Of a stretch of DNA of 64,000 nucleotides, positions 54,543-64,000 are shown piece after piece. Location: positions 22,540,912 to 22,604,911 of the forward strand of contig NC_092675.1 of NCBI RefSeq assembly GCF_964355755.1. The letters run 5' to 3'. The DNA comes from Antedon mediterranea. Taxonomy: Eukaryota > Animalia > Echinodermata. The notes below the pieces were generated by a model that did no database searches, had not been told where the DNA came from, and saw only the letters and a list, made by a program, of their open reading frames with translations. Position 1 is the stretch's first letter; each line of letters starts with the position of its first letter. Both the position numbers and the translations under genes were made by a program.

Positions 54543-55270
54543 TTATTGTTGCTCTGCATCGTCATTTTCCTGCTCCATTTCTGATGTCCAGAGAGTAAGG
54601 TTGTCTCGAAGAAGCTGCATGATCAGAGTTGAATCCTTATAAGAATCTTCCTTGAGTGTATCAAGCTCAGCAATGGCATCATCAAATGCTTTCTTAGCCA
54701 AACCACATGCTTTATCTGGACTATTCTCAATCTCATAGTAAAAGACTGAAAAATTCAACGCAAGACCAAGCCGCACTGGATGGGTTGGAGGCAATTCATT
54801 GGCACATTCGTTTGCTTTTTCATACGCCGATCTTGCTTCATCCGTCAAACCTTGCCTTGTATCAGTGCCTGCTACTTCCACCTGGTATCGGTAATAGTCT
54901 CCTTTCATCTTATAAAAGAATGTTTTGTGCTCAACATCTGCATTTTCATCTGTTAAACAATGATCATCAATTAGAAGGAGAACCTCAGAGCAGAGTTTAT
55001 TCAGCTCACCTTCAATTTTCTTTTTCATTTCGTTCCCAACTGCTTGTTTTTCGTCATCAGCATTATTAATCATGGAGGTAACTACTCTCCAGGATGAGCG
55101 TCGAGCCCCACACACATTTTTGTATGCTACAGAAAGTAGATTTCGCTCTTCAGAGCTGAGTTTACCACCACATTCCGACTCCACCACTTCTCTCATGGCA
55201 TCTTTCATGTCGTCATACCTTTCTGTTTGCTCAGCAATTTTCGCCACTTGCACTTTCATTTCACGGTTAT
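54543..55270 (-). CDS. 14-3-3 protein (divergent, non-epsilon type), cassette 1; coding exon starting at a splice acceptor
   Basis: [65 protein letters not shown]. Acceptor TTTTTAATCTTGCAG|AT at 55271/55270; in-frame ATG at 55259; AATAAA (minus strand) at 53591-53596. Confidence 0.93.
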
Positions 55271-55299
55271 CTGCAAGATTAAAAAACACAGTTACCAGT

Positions 55300-55455
55300 G
55301 GGCAACTACCATGGCCTATAAGATCAACTACTTTTACGACAACTACCCTAGGACAACTATGCTTAGCAACTATTTCTAACTAGTCCTAGGATGACAACCC
55401 TAGGATAACTACACTAGGACAACTAGGGCCTACACTAGTACAACTACCCTAGGGT
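55300..55455. repeat. Degenerate CTAGGACAACTACC minisatellite upstream of each 14-3-3 acceptor
   Basis: Copies at ~55300-55455, ~57695-57840 (near-identical) and ~61630-61775 (diverged). Confidence 0.7.
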
Positions 55456-56919
55456 GATGATATTGCACTGACAAACTCATGCAGTAAGTAAAGGTTTAGT
55501 CTGCTCACTGTTTGGTTATGAAAGTCATGCTACATACACCTAATGTGCATAATTATTAGTAGACATGTCAATTTGCGACAAGCAGAATATACGCTATGAC
55601 ATGTCACCTCACATTGTCTCCTTTAAAGTTGATAAATTTTTTTAGATTTACAATATAAAAACGTTTAGCTGGCAGCTCGAAAGTATTTCCTCGGTAGCTA
55701 CAGGCCAAACAAGCCTTTTATAATCACATTCATTGCAAATGAAATACTGAACCAAAATTATTGCGATACGGATAGTAATACAGTAGTAGTCAGATTGTCC
55801 ATCAACATAACAAACTTTAAAAATGAAATAATCACACCAATATTTAATGACAAACACTTTATATCAGATTTATTAAAAGCATGTTTTAACTTTCCGTTGA
55901 CAATGCATAAATTGATTGAACACTCTAAAACCAGATAATGAATTTGAGTGAAATACATTTTTAAACAGTAATATTAATGAACTTAAAAAACAAAACTAAT
56001 GACATACCATCTAATAATATTATATTTAAAAAAAACAGCAAACTATGCATACTGTGATGTGCATATATTTACACATCCAAAGCAAATTACAATCTTTATG
56101 AATTTGTCAATGGTGTAGGAAAGGAATAACGTAAGAGAAAGTTAATTATGTCGTACATATTAAACTCCACTTTCTTCTCTTTCCTCTTCCACAAGCTGAA
56201 AACCAAGATAAAAAGACTGCATGTAACATACAGTAGGCCTACTGTAATAGAAACTTACACATGATTATGCACTAATTGCTTAGTTAAACTGCATAACAAT
56301 CAAAGTCAAAATCTTGATTTTGTTTTCACATTTACATGGCAAATGCTCAGATAAAAATCAATATAAAGATTACTATACTATATGTGGATCACAAAACAAG
56401 GAGGCTTACTTATCAAATTACCAAACTGCTGACATTAAAAATACTGTACAAAAAACCCTAACTGACGATTATTATATGCTAATCTTGATCTTCTACAGTG
56501 TTTAATAAAATATTTGTTTTAAAGTTAATGTTGCAGTGAATTGTAAATGAAAAAACATGATTTTCAAAAAAAAATTTAAAATTAGAAATAGACAAAGAGC
56601 TCTGGTGGCTTTTATATAAAATGCTAATTCTAACCAAAGTAAAATACCTCGCCAGTATGTGAATTAAAACAAACTATTATGAGTGCATATACCACTGTGC
56701 GTCTGTGGGCTTATATTAACTGTAAATGATTTTATTTTATAGTAATAGTAACATTCTTAATATGAAGATACTGTTTTAAAACATTTTCAACAATTTTGCC
56801 AAAAAAATAATCAAAATAGTAAAAAGTACAGTAATAAAAAATTGAAACACATTCATACTTAAATAGAGCCACCTAATAATGGCGTCTTAAATTACTGTAG
56901 ATGGAATATTTAAAAACCA

Positions 56920-57662
56920 TTATTCTTGTTGTTCTTCATTTTCATCTCCCAAACTTGACGTCCAAAGAGTAAGGTTGTCTCGAAGAAGCTGCATGATCAG
57001 AGTTGAATCCTTATAAGAATCTTCCTTGAGATTATCAAGATCAGCAATGGCATTATCAAATGCTTCCTTAGCCAAACCACATGCTTTATCCGAATCATTC
57101 TCAATCTCATAGTAAAAGACTGAAAAATTCAACGCAAGACCAAGCCGCACTGGATGGGTTGTAGGCAATTCATTGGCACATTCGTTTGCTGCTTCATACG
57201 CCAATCTTGCTTCATCCACCAAAGCTTGCTTCGTTTCTTCGCCTGCTACTTCCACCTGGTAGCGGTAATAGTCTCCTTTCATCTTATTAAAGAATGTTTT
57301 ATGCTCAGGATCTTCTTGCTCAGGGTCTTTAGGCTCAAGATCTTTTACATTTAAGCAATAGTCATCAATTAGAACGAGAACATCGGAGCAGATTTGATTA
57401 AGCTCATCTTCAATGTTCTTTTTCATTGTATTCACAACTGCTTTTTTTTTGTCATCAATCTTATTAATCATGGAGGTAACTACTCTCCAGGATGAGCGTC
57501 GAGCCCCACACACATTTTTGTATGCTACAGAAAGTAGATTTCGTTCTTCAGGGCTGAGTTTACCGCCACATTTCACCACTTCTGTCATGGCTTCTTTCAT
57601 ATCCTCATACCTTTCTGTTTGCTCAGCAATTTTCGCCACTTGCACTTTCATTTCACGGTTAT
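56920..57662 (-). CDS. 14-3-3 protein, cassette 2 (apparent hybrid of cassettes 1 and 3)
   Basis: Same hallmark motifs. Acceptor AATCTTGCAG|AT at 57663/57662; in-frame ATG at 57651; AATAAA (minus strand) at 55869-55874. Confidence 0.93.
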
Positions 57663-58341
57663 CTGCAAGATTTAAAAACACATTTACCAGTGGGCAACTA
57701 CCATGGCCTATAAGATCAACTACTTTTAAGACAACTACCCTAGGACAAGTATGCTTAGGAACTACTTCTAACTAGTCCTAGGATGACAACCCTAGAATAA
57801 CTACGCTAGGGCCTACACTAGTACAACTACCCTAGGGTGATATGATATTGCATCCTCTCACAAACTCGTGACTTGTAGTGATGCAAGTAAAGGATTAGTC
57901 TGCTCATTGTTGTTTGGTAATGAAAGTCATGCTACATACTCCTACTGTGCATAATAGTAACTGTTTGACCTGCGACATGGCAGTGACCGCTGTCCGCTCG
58001 CCTGTATGCAAAAAACTATTTACCCAGTACCTGCAGCTCAAACAAGCTTCTTGGCCTGTGGTCATATTTAAAGGACAACTGTACATTAGAACCATATTTT
58101 GACAATGTATTAGAGATGTACATATGATTTTAGACCAATTGCTGTGACGTTATGTGTGCATAGCAAAATCTACCTCATGAATTTTACCTGTTAACATACA
58201 AGAGATAGGTACCCATCATTTCAATTGCAAATTTGACCTGTTAAATTCTCCAAAATGTTTAGTCTGTTATTTGAAGAAACATTTCAATATTTAGATAGGC
58301 AAAAGAAACAACAACAAAATTCAACGTTGATTAATGATGAT

Positions 58342-58510
58342 TGGAGCTGTGGCTTGGTGGTTATGATGCTTGGCTACCAATCTAAGGGTCCTGGGTTCAA
58401 GTCCTGTCATATGTCAGGGTTTTTTTCTCATGACAATTTACAACTCCACTCCCAAAGACTTAATAAGTCTTTGTTTATGTAGAGCATCTTGTGTATATGT
58501 TTGTCTTGTG
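58342..58510 (+). mobile_element. tRNA-derived SINE, family A (3'-truncated)
   Basis: A-box TGGCTTGGTGG and B-box GGTTCAAGTCC; matches 27157-27330. Confidence 0.8.
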
Positions 58511-59676
58511 AAATTATTAAATAGTTTATCCATCCTGTAATTGGTGGGTTACTCGCTGTTGGATGAGTATGAAATAAAATAAAAAATAATTTCAAAAGTG
58601 TGTTTACTAGTAAGTTATTGTACTATTGACTTGAAACAGTAGTTAGAAACATGAAGAGAGTTGCTCTGGAATCATTCAACCATATCGCGATTATTGGTAA
58701 ATAAAGACGATGGTGTATACCGTACCATTAGTAATCCACCGGCCTAGTCCTTGTACTCAATGAAGATGGTGTGGAAATCATAAAAATTTCATGAATTTAG
58801 GGGTTCATAAATGGCAGCAAAAATGTGTCGCGTACCACAAATTTGTATTCAATCGCGTCATCTTGGGGGTCAATAGACAAGCCTCACAAAGCACGGATAA
58901 TTGCTAGTAAACACACTTTTTAAATGAATAGTGAAATGTTTAATTTTTTCATAGTTTCTGCAAATAACGAACTGTAAACAACAAACATATTTCTTAGGAT
59001 AAAACATGTAGCAAAAGAAATAGTGATAGTTCGAATTTCCATTGAGACCCAACTCTGTACAACATAACAGAACTGGAAATAATCGCAAACATTTTCAATC
59101 AGATTTATTTTAAGCATGTTTTAACTTTTTGACAGATGCATACATTGATTGAACTAACAAACTAAAACCTGATAATGAAATTGAAAATCGAGTGAATTAC
59201 ATTTTTTTTTAACAGTAATATTGAACTTAATAGTGAACTTATAAAAACAGAACTAACAACATACCATCTAATAATATTATATTTGAAAAACAGCAAACTA
59301 TTCATACTGTATGTAGTGCATATATTGGCAATACATTTATACATCCGAAGCAAATTACAATCTGTATGAATGTGTCAATGGCGTAGGAAAGGAGGGATGC
59401 AAGAGAAAGTTGATAATAATCAAAAGTGGGTAGTACATTAAACTCTTTCTTCTCTTTCCTCTTCCACAACCTGAAAACCACTCTACAACCGAGATAAATT
59501 GAGTTGACTGTATGTAACATACAGTAGGCCTACTGTTAGGAAATCACACATGATTAATGCACTAATTGCATTTCTAATGTTAAACTATGCAAAAATCAAG
59601 TCCTAATCTTGATTTTCTTTTCACATTTACACGGCAAATGCTATACTTATGTGTTTAACAAAACAAGGAGGCTTAA

Positions 59677-60163
59677 GGCTAATTTACACAGACAAGCAAT
59701 AACGGTACTTAGCGGAAAACTGCTTCGCTTATCGCATTTACACAGCGCGCAAGAAATGCATATGGTGTGGTGAGAAGTACGTGCTTGTAGGCCTCGAGGA
59801 GTACATGTTGCAGGCAGGCACTGCTGGTCTAGGCACAACGTACAGTATTATGACTGAACTGTCAATAGGTCTAGAGCAGTAGCCTACGCCAGGCCTGGTT
59901 TTAGAGGGCCAGTATACGGGTCATTGACCTTGTTGTCTAATAACGTCCCAAATGAATCTTTTCTTTACAATATTCTTATACAATTAGTCACATTGTATAG
60001 TAAATAAACTAGGCTGGTCCTTCTGAGGCACTCATATTATTGACATCTTGGACTTGCTTGAATGGGTCCAAAAATTGTTGATAGATGACGCCACATCAAT
60101 AATGTCATTGATTGGCCAGAATCCGAAATTAATGCGCGGTATAGTGTTCTTTGTAAATGGTCA
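59677..60163. mobile_element. Harbinger-like MITE inserted in the 3' UTR of 14-3-3 cassette 3
   Basis: Absent from the paralogous UTR of cassette 2 (AAAACAAGGAGGCTTA|CTT..). Imperfect TIRs AGGCTAATTTACACAG / CTTTGTAAATGGTCA flanked by TTA and TAA. Confidence 0.55.
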
Positions 60164-60853
60164 TAAGAAATAACATATATATTCCACTTACTGTTTGTAT
60201 AAATTGGCCTTTACTTTATACCAAACTAATCATATTGAAAATACTGTACAAAAACCTAACTGACAAATATTATGCCAAACTTGATCTTCTACAGTGTTTA
60301 ATAATAGGGGTGACATTTATACATGCATACACCTACCCGGTTCATTGGTATAAAATATGTAGCATACCAATACCTATTAGTTTTAAGCAATTTCTTTACC
60401 CACAAAACACTTACTCAACAACAGTAGTACATATCGTAGTTACATAATTTAAAGTTAAAACAATGTTACTGTAAATTGTAAAAGAAAAAAAAATAATCTC
60501 AAATATATTTTAAGGGTAGAAATAAACAAAGGGTTCTGGTGGCTTTTATAAATGTAACTTCAGCAAAAAAACAATGTGAATTAAAACCAATATCATTATG
60601 AGTCCATCAATAGACAACTGTGCGCCTGTGGGTTTAAAATTAACCGTCTTTGATTTTATTTGATACTAATAGTAAAATTCTTAATATGAAGATATTGTTA
60701 ATATATGAAGATATTGTTAATATATTAACATTATAAAACAATTTGTAATATATTATTGTTAACAGTATTATTATTTATATTGTTCAATTGGAGATATACA
60801 ATGTGGTAGGTATACAATTTGTGACTGTAGTAAATGGAATATTTAAAAAACCA

Positions 60854-61596
60854 TTATTCTTGTTGTTCTTCACTTTCATCTCCCAAACTTGACGTCCAAA
60901 GAGTAAGGTTGTCTCGAAGAAGCTGCATGATCAGAGTTGAATCCTTATAAGAATCTTCCTTGAGTGTATCAAGCTCAGCAATGGCTTCATCAAATGCTTT
61001 CTTAGCCAAACCACATGCTTTTTCTGGATCATTCTCAATCTCATAGTAAAAGACTGAAAAATTCAACGCAAGACCAAGTCGCACTGGATGGGTTGTAGGC
61101 AATTCATTGGCACATTTGTTTGCCTCTTCATACGCCAATCTTGCTTCACCTGTCAAAGCTTGCTTCGTATCTTCGCCTGCTACTTCCACCTGGTAGCGGT
61201 AATAGTCTCCTTTCATCTTATTAAAGAATGTATTATGCTCAGGATCTTCTGGCTCAGATTCTTCTTGCTTAGACCTCTTCAAGATATCGTCATCAATTAG
61301 AGAAAGAACGTCGGAGCATATGACATTAAGCTCTTCTTCAATTTTTTTTTTCATTTTCTCTCCAACTGCTAGTTGGGAAGGTGTAATATTAGTATTAGAC
61401 AAGAAGCTGCTAACTACTCTCCAGGATGAGCGTCGAGCTCCACACACATTTTTGAATGCTACAGAAAGTAGATTTCGCTCTTCAGAGCTGAGTTTACCAC
61501 CACATTTCACCACTTTTTCCATAGCCAGTTTCATGTCATCATATCTTTCTGCTTGCTCTGCAAGTTTGGCCTCTTGCACATTCAATTCACGATTAT
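60854..61596 (-). CDS. 14-3-3 protein, cassette 3; no ATG in the N-terminal helix, so an upstream exon is needed
   Basis: [49 protein letters not shown]. Acceptor AAATCTTGCAG|AT at 61597/61596; AATAAA (minus strand) at 59104-59109. Confidence 0.93.
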
Positions 61597-63117
61597 CTGC
61601 AAGATTTAATAAATACAATTAACAGTATGATTCTAGGGAAACTAACCTAGCACATAAGAAAACCTACCCATACTGTAAGGATAACTAACTATGGAAAACT
61701 ACTCCTCGGATAACTACCCTAAGACAAACTACAGTAATCCTAGAGCAACCCTAGGACAACCTCTAGATCAACTAATTGAAGATGATGTTAATATGTAGCA
61801 CCTTGAATTGAAGGTCAGGCAATCCAACAGATAATACTGTACATCCTCTGTGAAAACTCATGATTTGCAATGATGTTATTCATAATAATGTTGTTGTTTA
61901 GGACATTTTAAGACAGGTGCGAAAGTACAGTAGCATGTAGTGCCTTATCCATGAGAATTAAAAAAGTGGTCAGGTTGAAACCTTACCAACCGTACTGGTG
62001 GCTATGGCCCTGGCACCTCAAAGTTAGTTTGCCGTTTTGTAATGAAAATGGCACAAGGAGTAAATATTTGATTTACTGTATATGTTGAATGCTCAAATTT
62101 TTAAACAACAGAATAAGATAAAAACAAAAAATATTACCGTAAAAAAAATGTACACAAGAAGGCCAAAGTTAGATCATGGCCACCGAAAGGGAAAGGAAGA
62201 AAATGAAAACAGTACCGGACAGAATTATTGCAGATTTTGAACGCATTGCAGGCTTGACTTATAACTACAAGTTTCGGTCCCTGATGTAACATGACACAGC
62301 CAATATATGGCCATTGGTTTGATTGCTGGCATGAAAATGTATAGCCCAAACATACGTCAACAAATGCCGCGGTACCTACAGTACTGTATGTGTGGCTATG
62401 AAGTACAGTATATAGAGCATGTACTGTAGTTTTCATAGCCTCTGTTTTTTTTCCTAGGCCGTATGCCTTTAAGTTCAAGTCAGAAATCAATTATTTTTAA
62501 ACATTTTATTTGTTTGTTAATGACGTCATCGATGTCACAACCCATTTGTAAAATCGAGGATTAGTAAACTGAACGTTCACAAATTACACTAATTTAAGGT
62601 CACAAACTGCATTTTAAGTAAAATGGGCCAGATTGATATTTTTGTATTTCTTCAGTGATTCACCCACTTTCGATCAATCGTAAAAGCCAAGAGAAATGGA
62701 AGAATCTTAACTTTTCAGCGAAAATACTGCCCCAATTTGTATTAACAAATTCTGCCAAAAACAGAAAGACAATTAATGCAGCAACTCGACGTCAGGCTAG
62801 GTCTATACATAGCTAGCGTATGATTATCGTATGTTACCGCTGTTTACCAGCTAGACCTACAGTAAAAATGACCATCCAAGAGAGGACATTTGATGTGAGC
62901 TACTTAGGTACTGTACAGTACTGTATGTAGTGCACTGTTTCTCTCTTTTTATCATATTAAACCATAAAACATACATTTAAGACAAGGAATGACCTGGTTT
63001 AATGTTTTTAAATTAATATACTGTACATGCATTATTTTACAAAACGTCAACAATTGTAGGGATACAACAGTGTCTTTAAGAAACAGTGCATGATTTGATA
63101 CGCAAGATGTCTGGTCA

Positions 63118-63159
63118 GTCTATTCATGGACATGGACACTTATTTCTCCATGGTCTATT
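63118..63159. mobile_element. P-element-type excision footprint
   Basis: GTCTATT-CATGGACATGGACACTTATTTCTCCATG-GTCTATT. Confidence 0.6.
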
Positions 63160-63332
63160 AATAGGACATCATGTTTGGAGTCTTCTGACCGCTCTTCTAC
63201 AACATACCTCAAGGAAGCAACAAGGTACTGTTAAAAAAATTAATTGAGTTAATTTTGACTGGCGGAGGACTACGTTGTAAATTATGAGGAAAAAACATAA
63301 ATAGTATTTTTATAAACATAATTAGTCTAGTC

Positions 63333-63560
63333 GAGTGGCCGAGCCGCAAACCATAGCTGTATACAATCTTCACAGGTTCAAGACATTCCTCAACCATTGT
63401 TCTGGTGGTAGAACATGTCTTCTCGGATAAGGACTTAAAACTGGAGATCCAGTGTACACATCTGGCTTGTGTGCACTTTAAAGAACCCAGTACTGTACAT
63501 CTTTCGGAAGAGTAGGGGGGTTATCCCGCTGTATTGGCGTCCACACCTGTGCGCAATTCA
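63333..63560 (+). mobile_element. tRNA-derived SINE with Deu/Nin-type central domain
   Basis: A-box-like TGGCCGAG and B-box GGTTCAAGAC, then TCGGATAAGGAC.TAAAAC...GCAC.TTAAAGAACCC...TTTCG.AAGAGTAGGGG..TCCCG, resembling the Deu/Nin SINE core (from recall). Confidence 0.6.
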
Positions 63561-64000
63561 GTCAAGTATTTACATAATTATTTGGTTACAATGCATTAAT
63601 CGTAATCTTTGTGCATATGTTTTTACCTAATCGACGGTGAATATAAATATAAATTGTCCACGACTTTTGTTGCGAACTCTTGTCGTTGCACTCCTCGCCT
63701 GTTCTTGATAAATTCCCTTTGAAACCGACCACCTTAAGTTTTTTTCAACTTTACAGTAGATGTTGTCTGTCCACACATTTTTTTATGTAACTTGTCCTGG
63801 AGACATTTATAATACTTACTATATGAAAATATTAATTGAAATTAACATTACTGTAACTAACATTTCATTAGAAAAAATCCAAACCTTTTTGTAATGGAGG
63901 TGGGAATTTTCTGCACAGTAATTAAAATCACTTAGTAGAAAATTTGTAAAAGAATAAATATTTGTTATATACTGTATAGAGGCACAAAATTCTAAAAAAA

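Noticed and set aside
55271-55313. ATG just upstream of the cassette 1 and 2 acceptors (ATG GTA GTT GCC CAC TGG TAA)
   Set aside because: It hits a stop codon. Splicing at the nearby GT would need a ~25-nt intron and gives the wrong phase.
54707-55383. Plus-strand ORFs conserved across the three 14-3-3 copies
   Set aside because: Antisense shadows of the 14-3-3 coding strand.
63208-63227. Possible 20-nt minus-strand micro-exon (TTAACAG|...GAG|GTATGT) as the 14-3-3 leader
   Set aside because: It has no ATG and carries TGA in the frame needed to join the cassettes; at most a UTR exon or chance.

Overview
AT-rich, intron-containing animal genomic DNA, probably a marine invertebrate deuterostome such as an echinoderm (inferred from the SINE types and motif composition only). 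It is not prokaryotic. Spliced genes rebuilt by hand from GT-AG junctions: PIF1 helicase (+, 10 coding exons, 605 aa), GET3/ASNA1 ATPase (+, 7 exons, 341 aa), Rab3 (+, 4 coding exons, 219 aa, 11.7-kb intron), and a 118-aa secreted cysteine-rich DUF4787-like gene (-, 3 exons) that the ORF track mostly misses. Three tandem divergent 14-3-3 cassettes (-) each begin at a splice acceptor rather than a start codon. The middle cassette looks like an unequal-crossover hybrid of the outer two, and the array may be alternative terminal exons fed by a shared leader exon. Introns and spacers hold many non-autonomous transposons (P-like with 7-bp TSDs, Ginger-like, Harbinger, Tc1/mariner, Helentron-like), three SINE families, an RTE LINE tail, a Penelope-type minimal hammerhead ribozyme, tandem duplications, and several kinds of apparent transposon excision footprints.
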